From Antedon mediterranea (lineage: Eukaryota; Animalia; Echinodermata): a stretch of DNA of 64,000 nt. A model generated the notes under the pieces. It did not search any database and was not told the DNA's origin. It was given only the letters and a program-made list of their open reading frames with translations. This document shows, one piece after another, positions 27,443 to 40,271 of the stretch. Both the position numbers and the translations under genes were made by a program. The stretch is taken from contig NC_092679.1 of NCBI RefSeq assembly GCF_964355755.1, positions 10,337,432 to 10,401,431 on the forward strand. Reading direction: 5' to 3'. Every line of letters starts with the position of its first letter. The stretch's first letter is position 1.

Positions 27443-29456
27443 GGTTCTAGGACACCTACCCCCTAGACAGTTACCCCCCGGATGTTTACCACCCGGACAA
27501 CTACCCCCTTAGGACAACTACCGCCCCCCCCCCGGACAACTACCCCCCGGACAACTACCCCCTTAGGACAACTACCCCCTTAGGACAACAACCCCCCGGA
27601 CAACTACCCCCCGGACAACCACCCCCTTAGGACAACTACCCCCTTAGGACAACTACCCCCCGGTCAACTACCCCCCGGTCAACTACCCCCCGGTTTTTAA
27701 CGGGTGTTTCGAAACTAGAGACCCGAGACCAGAGACCTGACACGAGACCCAATACGAAAAGGGAGACCTATATTTGAGTCTCCCTTTTCGTATATTAGGG
27801 TCTCCCTTTTCGTATAGTGTGGTCTCTCTTTTCGTATAGTGGGGTCTCCCTTTTCTTATAGTGGGTCTCCCTTTTCGTATATTTGGGTCTCCCATTTCGT
27901 ATATTTGGGTCTCCTTTTTCGTATATTTGGTCTCCCTTTTCGTATATTTAGGTCTCCCTTTTCGTATAGTGGAGTCTCCCTTTTCGTATAGTGGGGTCTC
28001 CCTTTTCGTACGTGGGTCTCCCTTTTCGTATATTTAGGTCTCCCTTTTCGTATTGGGTCTCGGGTCTCTGGTCTCTGGTCTCGGGTCTCTAGTTTCGAAA
28101 CACCCGTTTTTAACCGATTATTCTGTTTAACAGCACGCTAGACCCTAGATGTGCTAGATTTAAAGTACCGTATTTATTGAAAAAAAACGGCCTGGGCTGT
28201 TTATTGTTTAAGTGGTTTTTAGGTGGACATTTATTGGAAGACAGTTGTTTATTCAATGGGAGGGGGTATAATCTAATGAAAATAGACGCCGATTATTCCA
28301 TATGATGTGTCATGGGAGTTACATGGTCACCGTTTATTTGAGGGGAATTTATTTAAAGATCGCCGTTTATTCGGTGAGTGAACATTGAGGTCAAATATCA
28401 AAGTGATATTATTCTTCAAGTGTACAAAAATACAAATGACAAATTTGAGACAAAAATTAATTCTTTTAAGACCAGTGTGGTTATCGAAGCATTGTCCTGA
28501 CGCAAAAATTATTATTATTATTAGCGAACCCAGTCTTTACAGTAAATACAGGGAGTACTATATAATACGTTCGACTATCCTATGATCATGTGTGACAATC
28601 TTCAGTTTATACCAGGCTATATTTATGTTCAATCTTTTACTTTTGTTTACAATAATGAATAGTAATTCGTCAAAGTAACGAATTAAAATATAGTTATTAA
28701 TTCCTATTATACGCTGTTGCAGAGTCAGGTTGTTGAATGGTCTGGGTGGTAGTTATCCGTCCGGGGGTAGTTGTTCTAAAGGGATAGTTTTCTGGGTGGT
28801 AGTTGTCCAGGGGTTAGTTGTCCTACGGAGGTAGTTGTCCTAAAAGATTATTTGCCCTCGGAGTATTGTCCAGGTCCAGGAGGTAGTTGTCCTACGGGGA
28901 GTATTGTGTCAGAGGCAGTTGTCCGCGGGGTAATTACCCGGGGGGGGGGGTAATTCTCCGGGGGTAATTGTCAAGGGGTAATTGTTTCTAGGGGGTAATT
29001 GTCAAGGGGTAATTGTTCCTAGGGGGTAATTGTCCGGGGGTAGTTGTCCAGGGGTTAGTTGTCCTACGGAGGTAGTTGTCCTAAAAGATTATTTGCCCTC
29101 GGAGTATTGTCCAGGAAGTAGTTGTCCTACGGGGAGTATTGTGTCAGAGGTAGTTGTCCGCGGGGTAATTACCCGGGATGGGGGGGGTGTAATCGTCCGG
29201 GGGGTAATTGTCCGGAGGGTAATTGTCCGGAGGGTAATTGTTCCTAGGGGGTAATTGTCCGGGGGGTAGTTGTCCAGGGGGTAGTTGTCCTAAGGGGGTA
29301 GTTGTCCTAAGGGGGTAGTTGTCCGGGTGGTATTTGTCCGGAGGGTAGTTGTCCTAAAGGGGTAGTTGTCCTAAGGGGGTAGTGGTCCAGGTGGTGGTTG
29401 TCCGGGGGGTAGTTTTCCGGGGGGGTAAATGTCCAGCGGGTGAATATCCGGATACG
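27443..29456 (-). mobile_element. Composite MULE-like element, copy 2 (inverted), with the same nested MITE at 27702-28105
   Basis: Reverse complement of 21330-23427; has its own 9-bp TSD CTATTTTAT. Confidence 0.85.
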
Positions 29457-29858
29457 CTATTTTATAGTTCATCGCCCTCATGAGGGCGGCCAACCACGCT
29501 CTGTTACAAATTTCCAATGCAAAAATCGCGGATTCATTCTTCTGATATACTGTATACAGTAGTAGGGATGTAGACTTACTGTATTCTCCAAATACAGCAG
29601 ATATGTTCGGACCCCCAAAATGAAGACAGGAGCATGTTCATGTACATTGATTATTAACAACTTAGGGAGTTTTAAAGGAAGATTTGATTGGATTGGATAT
29701 TAATAGAACTTGGTTTCATCATGTCAGGGAGTTGCAACTCCTTGGTTTCATCCCATACGAGCTATATTTCCTATACCATCCTGGCTAGTTGAGAATTCTC
29801 AACTATTTTATGTTTTTTTCTACCTTTCTGGAAAATGATATAATCCAAATTGTATTAA

Positions 29859-32407
29859 CTAGATGGCACGCTCGCTTCGCTCGCGTACCATCTAGGGGTG
29901 CTCACAGATGGTTCTCGAATACAGTAGAATCCACGGACGGGGACTTTTTTGGGACACTAAACAAAAACGGAAGTGTCCCCCTAATTGGGGTATTCAGAAA
30001 TAGAGACAACAAAACCAATACTGGATTCCATAAAGGACAATTAATTTATGTGGATTAAAGAAATTAGGGAGAAATGGAAATGTATGTACGGGAATTGGGC
30101 GGCGGCACGTGGTGGTGGTGATGGAACCGCAGTAATAAAGTTGATTGTATTTATATATTATAAGAACCAAACTAAATAAATAGACCTAGACATTCTGCGA
30201 AATGGAAATCGGAAATTCAAGCTCCTATTCAGTGAAAAATTAAACTGTAGTCTACCTAAATATTTAGGGCAAATCATCGGTTGTGGTGTTGAACTTCCTG
30301 TAAACATTTGTGTGAACCAAACTGGGTCGAATTTCTGTCATGAGTACTGATTTGTTGGCCTGTGATTTATGACGCCTAAGGGATCTATCTAGACTTATTT
30401 TTTAGAATAATGTACGTACCTGTCAGATACAATTGTCTTGTGTCGTATAATAAATAAGTACTGTAATAGTTACTGAAGTTACTATTACAATCTCGTCAAT
30501 GAAAACACGAAAATGTATATGCACTTACTTATGAAAACGTATACAGTATTATACTCAGTTATTGAAACAGTAGGTTTAAAAAAGTTTCGTTTGTCTGTAA
30601 AATGATGTAATCAAGCTGTTTACATGAGTCTTAATTTATAAGCACATCAATAATAAAATAGTTTATCTATCCTGTAATTGGCGAGATTATGGTCGCTGTT
30701 GAATGAAATAAAGCCAATCGGTATCATATTTGTACAGAAACGTTTTCGCGGCCGAAGGGTGTAACCTAAATTCGTTGTATTATCGTCAAGAACTAACTGT
30801 AACTAAACTTACATAGAAAGTAGGGTATCATAAATTTGGCCTTAGCACTCGGGGGAGTGGCTAAGATGAAGTCCGTGGGACTACTAAATATAAATTGTAA
30901 TGAACCTCGAGGGACATAAATAGGAATATTTCATGTTTCATTATCAATGTATAATAAATGGAAACTGTTTACCGATTCAAATAATAGAAATTGGTTTTTA
31001 ACATTTTCCGAACCTATTGCAAGTTTATTCTCAAAGGGCCCATATATTATTTACCTACCGTATGTGTTAAACCAAGGGCTCATAAATTTACCTACAGTAC
31101 TTGTGTTAAACCAAACTGGATGTTCCATTCATCGCAAATCAATACATTTGTATAATCGTATATTAAATCTATCAAAATAGTATTTTTTAAAGAAAATCGG
31201 CCTGTCTTCAACATTATGATGGTGTACTCTAGCAATCTATCAAAATAGTATTTTTTAAAGAAAATCGGCCTGTCTTCAACATTATGATGGTGTACTCTAG
31301 CTGTTCAACCGGTTTTCAGCTATTAAAAACAATTATCGTAGGAGGAGATAGGAAAATGCGAAGCCTCCTCGCTATGTAACATTAGGGTTGAGGGATGGGA
31401 AAGCGGATAGGTACAAAGAGGAACAATTTTTAAATATATTCTTTATCCACTGAGTAACGAAATATTTTGTTCATGTTTTATAGGCCTATAAATAATATAC
31501 CTCTAAATACAGTAGGCCTAAAACATTTGCGATTTAATACTTTGTTAAAACTGTCACTGTCATAATCGATTGAAATATTAAAGTACATGTCACGATACAC
31601 CACTACGACGTTTATATTTTTGGTAATTATTAATTAATACAAACGTTGAGAAGGAACTGTCAGTATAAAGTTTATTTGTATATCTAACAGTAGAGCCTAT
31701 CCACAGTCTCAGTAATAAAGTTTATTTGTATATATTTTTATATTACATCTAACAGTACGAACATTCACAGTAAGAAATGTTCGATTCAAATGAAAAATAG
31801 TTAATAGGTATTTACAGTATTGTCAAAGTATTGCAAGTTTATTCTCAAAGGGCCCATATATTTACCTACCGTATGTGTTAAACCAAGGGCTCATAAATTT
31901 ACCTACAGTACTTGTGTTAAACCAAACTCTGGCAGACTGAGAGATTGGGATGTTCCATTCATCGCAAATCAATACATTTGTATAATCGTATATTAAATCT
32001 ATCAAAATAGTATTTTTATAGAAAATCGGCCTGTCTTCAACATTATGATGGTGTACTCTAGCTGTTCAACCGGTTTTCAGCTATTAAAAACAATTATCGT
32101 AGGAGGAGATAGAAAAATGCGAAGCCTCCTCGCATTTTTTTGGCGGGTATTTTTCAAGATGGACATCCATTAGACAGTGTATACCACGATCGGAAAACAC
32201 CCCTATTTGGGGCAAATCTTTGAACCTAAATTCGTTTTAATCGTCAATAACTAATTATCTAACTCAATTTAATTAGTAAACAGGGTTACATCAGGCGGTT
32301 AAAATCAGTACCGAAAGTACGAACCAACTTTACATACCATCGAGTGAAAATTCTAGAAGTAAGGCGCGATTTACCGAATTTTGCCCTTACGTAAATTTAT
32401 ATATAGA
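29859..32407 (-). mobile_element. Non-autonomous Helitron
   Basis: On -: 5' TC(TATATAT) at 32407; 3' GC-rich hairpin (tggtacgc..gcgtgcca) followed by CTAG at 29859; sits between host A and T with no TSD; internal duplication 31015-31372 / 31829-32132. Confidence 0.7.
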
Positions 32408-32679
32408 TACTACCAGTAATAAATATTTAGAAACACTTGCATACCTTCACTAATTTTAGTTGTTTGTAGTTTAAGACAATCTTAGTGATATTTAAATGAA
32501 AACAATACGATAAAAACTATTGTGTCTGTATTTTACAAGACTATGACTTCCGTATAACGTGCATTGTGGGTACTTCAATTTTTATAGAAAAGCTAGGGAA
32601 TCCTAATTTAGTAGGCAGCATATGGGGGCGGGGCAACCAAACTTGCTTATCAAATCAAAGCACAGTAAAGCAAAGGATA

Positions 32680-35040
32680 AAATTAATGTACGATCCCGTT
32701 TAACACTGTTCTCAACTATAGTCATTTTGGTATACTTGAGCACAGTGATAAAGAATAGGATAAACTTAACAATATACAACAAAAAACATTAATGTACGAT
32801 CCAGTTTAACACTGTTCTCAACTATAGTCATTTTGGTATACTTGAGAACAGTGATAAAGAATAGGATAAACTTAACATTATACAACAAATAACATTAATG
32901 TATGATCCCGTTTAACACTGTTCTCAACTATAGTAATTTTGGTATACTTGAGCACAGTGATAAAGAATAGAGGATAAACTTAACAATATACAACAAATAA
33001 CATTAATGTACGATGTAGTTTAACACTGTTCTCAACTATAGTCATTTTGGTATACTTGAGCACAGTGATAAAGAATAGGATAAACTTAACAATATACAAC
33101 ATATAACATTAATGTACGATCCCGTTTAACACTGTTCTCAACTATAGTCATTTTGGTATACTTGAGCACAGTGATAAAGAATAGGATAAACTTAATAATA
33201 TACAACAAATAGCATTAATGTACGATCCAGTTTAACACTGTTCTCAACTATAGTCATTTTGGTATACTTGAGCACAGTGATAAAGAATAGGATGAACTTA
33301 ATAATATACAACAAATAACATTAATGTACGATCCAGTTTAACACTGTTCTCAACTATAGTCATTTTGGTATACTTAAGCACAGTGATAAAGAATAGGATA
33401 AACTTAATAATATACAACAAATAGCATTAAGGTATGATCCCGTTTAACACTGTTCTCGACTATAGTCATTTTGGTATACTTGAGCACAGTGATAAAGAAT
33501 AGGATAAACTTAATAATATACAACAAATAGCATTAATGTACGATCCCGTTTAACACTGTTCTCGACTATAGTCATTTTGGTATACTTGAGCACAGTGATA
33601 AAGAATAGGATAAACTTAATAATATACAACAAATAACATTAATGTACGATCCAGTTTAACACTGTTCTCAACTATAGTCATTTTGGTATACTTAAGCACA
33701 GTGATAAAGAATAGGATAAACTTAATAATATACAACAAATAGCATTACGGTATGATCCCGTTTAACACTGTTCTCGACTATAGTCATTTTGGTATACTTG
33801 AGCACAGTGATAAAGAATAGGATAAACTTAATAATATACAACAAATAGCATTAATGTACGATCCCGTTTAACACTGTTCTCGACTATAGTCATTTTGGTA
33901 TACTTGAGCACAGTGATAAAGAATAGGATAAACTTAATAATATACAACAAATAACATTAATGTACGATCCAGTTTACACTGTTCTCAACTATAGTCATTT
34001 TGCTTTAGTTAAGCACAGTGATAAAGAATAGGATAAACTTAATAATATACAACAAATAACATTAATGTATGATCCCGTTTAACACTGTTCTCGACTATAG
34101 TCATTTTGGTATACTTGAGCACAGTGATAAAGAATAGGATAAACTTAACAATATACAACAAATAACATTAATGTATGATCCTGTTTAACACTGTTCTCGA
34201 CTATAGTCATTTTGGTATACTTGAGCACAGTGATAAAGAATAGGATAAACTTAATAATTTATTTTATTTATTTTATTTTATTTTATGTCTTTTGGCAATG
34301 TGGCCAAGGATTACCAATAGTGAATTAATCACTGTCCTATCAGATAGGTCGTAATCCCCCTGATACATGGGCTATTGTGTGAACCAGTTCACCGGGGTAA
34401 CCCCCTATAATATACAACAAATAGCATTAATGTATGATCCCGTTTAACACTGTTCTCAACTATAGTCATTTTGGTATACTTGAGCACAGTGATAAAGAAT
34501 AGGATAAACTTAACAATATACAACAAAAAACATTAATGTACGATCCCGTTTAACACTGTTCTCAACTATAGTCATTTTGGTATACTTAAGCACAGTGATA
34601 AAGAATAGGATAAACTTAATAATATACAACAAATAGCATTAATGTACGATCCAGTTTAACACTGTTCTCAACTATAGTCATTTTGGTATACTTGAGAACA
34701 GTGATAAAGAATAGGATAAACTTAACAATATACAACAAAAAACATTAATGTACGATCCAGTTTAACACTGTTCTCAACTATAGTCATTTTGGTATACTTG
34801 AGCACAATGATAAAGAATAGGATAAACTTAACAATATACAACAAATAACATTAATGTACGATCCAGTTTAACACTGTTCTCAACTATAGTCATTTTGGTA
34901 TATTTGAGCACAGTAATAAAGAATAGGATAAACTTCGAATAAACAGCAAATAACATTAATGTAAGATGCCGTTTAATACTGTTTTAAACTATAGTCATTT
35001 GAGTATAATTAATCACAGATAAAGAATAAGATCAACTTTA
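32680..35040 (+). repeat. 106-bp satellite array, ~21 units
   Basis: Unit cattaatgtacgatcccgtttaacactgttctcaactatagtcattttggtatacttgagcacagtgataaagaataggataaacttaacaatatacaacaaataa; period 106 (32701 to 32807). Confidence 0.97.
34259..34406 (-). mobile_element. 148-bp retroelement 3' fragment inserted in the satellite
   Basis: (TTTTA)n tail at the left end; ATAAT duplicated; satellite unit resumes in register. Confidence 0.7.
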
Positions 35041-35479
35041 ATACTATTTATTAAATTAAAAAATAAAAAAACTAATTCTATATTAACACATATTATTTAC
35101 ATATACTTTCACTGCTGATTTCTAGTATAAACAGGCCATAGGCCTATACATGGCTGCAGTCGCGTGCTCAAATTTGAGTTGGTGTTTACCGACCGACCGA
35201 TCGACATAGTGAGCTGTAGAGTCGCGTTTGAATTGCACGCTACTAAAAAGTTCACAAAAACCGTAGGACGGGCACAGGGAAGTTTGTTCGAAACTCCAAC
35301 CCCTCCCCTGGCTATGCGTTTAGATTTTTCATGCCTCCTTTACAAACCAAGATTATTAGAATACTATTAGGAGGATCAAACACAATTCTTGTTGCCAGAT
35401 TTCATTGACATTACAGGTATGAAGTCTATCAATATACAGTACCGCTTAATACAATACTTGTTGAGGCCATATCCATCTA

Positions 35480-36360
35480 TACATTTTAGTGTTATTCCAC
35501 TTTAAAAAAGTCGATTTATATCAATACTCATCAACATACGATATAACGATAGAATTTATTGCAACTTGTCCATGTCGTATTCATCTACAAATAAAGTGTC
35601 TATTACCGTACTTTTAAAAATCTATTTATATCAATACCTATCAACGTATGTACGTGTGCATATTATATATACAAAACTATATACATCAACATAAATGTCA
35701 TATCATCTACAGTCATTAGTGTTATTTCACTTTTAATATTAGTAAATCCAAAGGCAAAATACTGAAATAATAATAATGCTGTGGTCTCAATGGAGATACA
35801 AAAAAAGAAGCGAAAAGCTAAATCAAAACGATAAAGTAAAACAGCCAGAAAAGTTAGCAGAGTTTTCGGGCAACACTAGCCCTTCATCAGTGCAAGTGAG
35901 GGTACTTGTACAAGATAGTGTTATTTAACGTTTAGTCGATTTATATCAATACACTCATCAACATTATGTACGTGCAATTCACGTCAACAATCAATAGTGT
36001 TAATTCCTCTTTTAAAAGTCGATTTATATCAATATACTCATCAACATATGTACGTGTCCACGTCATATTCATCTATAAATATTAGTGTTATTTCACTTTT
36101 AAAAGTCGATTTATCAATATACTCATCAATAAATGTACTTGTCCACGTCATATTCATCTACAAATCAGTGTTATTTCACTTTTCGAAGTCAATTATATCA
36201 ATATAGGCCTACTCATCAACATTATGTACGTGCAATTCACGTCATATTTATCTACAATCATTTGTGTTAATTCCACTTATAAAAGTCAATTTATATCAAT
36301 TACTTATGAACATAATGTACGTGTCCGCGTCATTCATCTACAAATATTATAGTGTTATTA
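35480..36360 (+). repeat. Degenerate ~83-bp tandem repeat between the two arrays
   Basis: Recurrent agtgttatttcacttttaaaagtcgatttatatcaatactcatcaacat..gtacgtgtccacgtcatattcatcta. Confidence 0.75.
35855..35896 (-). ncRNA. Penelope-type minimal hammerhead ribozyme motif (stem III mutated)
   Basis: ttgca-CTGATGA-agggctagtgttgccc-GAAA-ac-TC-tgc. Confidence 0.55.
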
Positions 36361-36369
36361 TGTTTTTCA

Positions 36370-38345
36370 TATTATCACTGTGCTCAAGTATATGAACATG
36401 ACTATAGTTGAGAACAGTGTTAAACAGAATGGTGTACATTAATGTTATTTGTTGTATATTGTGCTCAAGTATACCAAAATGACTATAGTTGAGAACAGTG
36501 GTAAACGGGATCGTACATTAATGTTATTTGTTGTATATTATTAAGTTTATCCTATTCTTTATCACTGTGCTCAAGTATACCAAAATGACTATAGTTGAGA
36601 ACAGTGGTAAACTGGATCGTACATTAATGTTATTTGTTGTATATTATTAAGTTTATCCTATTCTTTATCACTGTGCTCAAGTATACCAAAATGACTATAG
36701 TCGAGAACAGTGTTAAACGGGATCGTACATTAATGTACGTTTTTTGTTGTATATTGTTAAGTTTATCCTATTCTTTATCACTGTTCTCAAGTATACCAAA
36801 ATGACTATAGTTGAGAACAGAGTTAAACTGGATCGTACATTAATGTTTTTTGTTGTATATTGTTATGTTTATCCTATTCTTTATCACTGTTCTCAAGTAT
36901 ACCAAAATAACTATAGTTGAGAACAGTGTTAAACTGGATCGTACATTAATGTTTTTTGTTGTATATTTTAAAGTTTATCCTATTCTTTATCACTGTGCTC
37001 AAGTATACCAAAATGACTATAGTCGAGAACAGTGTTAAACGGGATCGTACATTAATGTACGTTTTTTGTTGTATATTGTTAAGTTTATCCTATTCTTTAT
37101 CACTGTTCTCAAGTATACCAAAATGACTATAGTTGAGAACAGAGTTAAACTGGATCGTACAATAATGTTTTTTGTTGTATATTGTTAAGTTTATCCTATT
37201 CTTTATCACTGTTCTCAAGTATACCAAAATAACTATAGTTGAGAACAGTGTTAAACTGGATCGTACATTAATGTTTTTTGTTGTATATTTTTAAGTTTAT
37301 CCTATTCTTTATCACTGTGCTCAAGTATACCAAAATGACTATAGTTGAGAACAGTGGTAAACTGGATCGTACATTAATGTTATTTGTTGTATATTATTAA
37401 GTTTATCCTATTCTTTATCACTGTGCTCAAGTATACCAAAATGACTATAGTTGAGAACAGTGTTAAACGGGATCGTACATTAATGTTTTTTGTAGTATAT
37501 TGTTAAGTTTATCCTATTCTTTATCACTGTTCTCAAGTATACCAAAATGACTATAGTTGAGAACAGTGTTAAACTGGATCGTACATTAATGTTTTTTGTT
37601 GTATATTGCTAAGTTTATCCTATTCTTTATCACTGTGCTCAAGTATACCAAAATGACTATAGTTGAGAACAGTGTTAAACGGGATCGTACATTAATGTTT
37701 TTTGTTGTATATTGTTAAGTTTATCCTATTCTTTATAACTGTTCTCAAGTATACCAAAATGACTATAGTTGAGAACAGTGTTAAACTGGATCGTACATTA
37801 ATGTTTTTTGTTGTATATTGTTAAGTTTATCCTATTCTATCACTGTGCTCAAGTATACCAAAATGACTATAGTTGAGAACAGTGTTAAACGGGATCGTAC
37901 ATTGTTGTTGTATATTGTTAAGTTTATCCTATTCTTTATAACTGTTCTCAAGTATACCAAAATGACTATAGTCGAGAACAGTGTTAAACTGGATCGTACA
38001 TTAATGTTTTTTGTTGTATATTGTTAAGTTTATCCTATTCTATCACTGTGCTCAAGTATACCAAAATGACTATAGTTGAGAACAGTGTTAAACGGGATCG
38101 TACATTGTTGTTGTATATTGTTAAGTTTATCCTATTCTTTATCACCGTGCTCAAGTATACCAAAATGACTATAGTTGAGAACAGTGTTAAACGGGATCGT
38201 ACATTAATGTTATTTGTTGTATATTGTTAAGTTTATCCTATTCTTTATCAATGTGCTCAAGTATACCAAAATGACTTTAGTTGAGAACAGTGTTAAACTA
38301 CATCGTACATTAATGTTATTTGTTGTATATTGTTAAGTGTATTCT
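36370..38345 (-). repeat. 106-bp satellite array in inverted orientation, ~18 units
   Basis: Reverse complement of the 32680-35040 unit. Confidence 0.97.
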
Positions 38346-38933
38346 TTATTCTTATTAATTGTACTAAATTATTAAAAGAAACAGTAGTAAGCATAACATT
38401 TCCCCACTCCTACATTAGCATGGTAGCCTGGTAGGACATTGTAATGGTCGCAGGTGGCTCAACTTTATTACTGCAATGGGATGGACATGGTCCTACTACC
38501 ACCTCCATCCAATAGGATTCCAGTAAATTTCCTTTACTACCAATCATAATTCAGTAATTAAATGACCCCTTAAGTTAACAAGGAAATCAGCTTATCCCAT
38601 TATACCGGTAGGCTTCGTCGTTACAGGCGTACTGCGGTAATAGTTGAGAATTCTCAACTAGCCAATTTGGTATATTTTATATACCTGCCCATACATCATA
38701 CATATGTAGTCAGTAGCATACTGACTATTTATTCATATAGGCCTAGCCTAGGCCTAGGTAATTTAAGCTGGTTAATAAAAATTAATAATTACTTCTCGGC
38801 TAGTGTAGTATAGGCCTATAGTCAACTGGTCTGGAGACACGTTAGATTGAGGACAGATGTAGGGCTAGGTAGGCCTCTAGGTAGGACCTCTCTAGCTAGG
38901 CCTAGGCCTATAATATATTCAATTATTCCTTCA

Positions 38934-39030
38934 CTTGCACTGATGAAGGGCTAGGCCTATATAGGCCTAGGCTAATCTAATAAGCCTATTAGGCCTAGCC
39001 TGTAGTGTTGCCCGAAAAAAGCTCTGCTAA
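38934..39030 (+). ncRNA. Hammerhead motif disrupted by TAGGCCTA-type expansions in loop II
   Basis: cttgcaCTGATGAagggcta[~50 nt ggccta-rich]gtgttgcccGAAAaaagctctgc. Confidence 0.5.
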
Positions 39031-39074
39031 CTTTTCTGGCTGTTTTTGTTTGTAAAAAAAACAGCCAGAAAAGT

Positions 39075-39120
39075 TAGCAGAGCTTTCGGGCAACACTAAC
39101 TAGCCCTTCATCAGTGCAAG
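39075..39120 (-). ncRNA. Penelope-type minimal type I hammerhead ribozyme
   Basis: ttgca-CTGATGA-a-gggc..gccc-GAAA-gc-TC-tgc; palindromic AGCT stem III. Confidence 0.65.
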
Positions 39121-39257
39121 CGTTCTATACGCTTTATATATATGTATATATAACACATTAGGCAAAGAATTAATTCTAAACCGCCCGGTGATATACTGAA
39201 ATTTAATTTAATTAATTTGAAACGATAAAGATGAGAAAATCGGTGAGAATGAGAAAA

Positions 39258-39322
39258 AGTCGCCCCAACCGAGACTCGAACTCGGACCGTCTGCTTGATA
39301 TGCAGTTGCCCTAACCATTATT
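39258..39322 (-). mobile_element. tRNA-derived (SINE-like) head remnant
   Basis: A-box-like taatggttagg and B-box gttcgagtc with ccgag/ctcgg T-stem; no complete cloverleaf. Confidence 0.5.
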
Positions 39323-40271
39323 ACTATTGGCCTACTAATCTAACCTAGCCTATAATATTGTTTTTTTGTTACATATGTTGTTACTTATTCTAGTATCACA
39401 TCCGATGTTTAATTTATTGCTTTTTATTGTACATTTGTTTCTTAACATAAATTTATAGAATGTCAAAAGATACAGTATGTGGCCAGCAAAAAAGCTAAAA
39501 AGAGGTTTCTCCGTGAAAAGTTCAAGTTTCCATGCTCCATATACAAAGAGTAAGAGAAAACCCATACTGACCATCTTGAGGAAACAATCATCTGAATCAA
39601 GTATTAACATTGAACATATTCCTGAAGAATGTAGAGAGCCAACGCTAGCAGCAATTGTAGAAGGTATTGATTTAATCATTTGTATTTTTCATTCCTCTGA
39701 GGCTCCTTTGTTCTTTAAAGAATGAATTACTTTGTTATTAACATGATGCTTTTAATTATCTTGAAACATTTTCTATCTGTTTTTATCATTAATTTGCATC
39801 ACTATAATTTAATTACACTTTTTAATCAGATGAATGTAATGTACAAATGGAACAAGAACCTGCTGCGCTTTACATGTTCCTGATTCTGATATTCATGTAA
39901 GTCATTTTAGTCAATTTTCACATTTTTATCCTTTTAAAGACAAAATAATCAAAATAGCATGTAGTAGGTTTTAAATGTAATTATTTCGGCTGTAATGTAG
40001 GGTCTTTAATTTGTAATTATTCTCATTTATTAGGTCAAAAATTGCTACCTTGCTGAGTTGATTGCACGAAATGGTATCTCATTGATTGGATTAAAGTCTG
40101 AAGTAATTGTCCTAAAAGATTTCGATGAAAGAAAAAGAAAAATTAATGTTTGTTCAATTTAATGTTGTTTTTTTTTTGTATATTTCATTAAGTAAATCAT
40201 AAAAATCTGTATGTGTGTGTGTGTGGGTATGTGTGTGTATCCAACGATCTGATTTCTCTACTACACTGTAT

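Larger units (their letters stand above)
29759..38687. mobile_element. Large non-autonomous foldback DNA element with inverted satellite arms
   Basis: Imperfect ~49-bp TIRs including TGGCTAGTTGAGAATTCTCAACTATT; CCCATAC direct repeat at 29752-29758 and 38688-38694; 106-bp arrays inverted and ~300-370 bp from each end once the Helitron is removed. Confidence 0.7.

Noticed and set aside
21330-29456. Single element with 2-kb TIRs, or a segmental inversion
   Set aside because: Each copy has its own distinct 9-bp TSD
39258-39322. tRNA gene (similar remnant at ~5185-5210)
   Set aside because: A/B-box-like motifs only; the acceptor stem is missing
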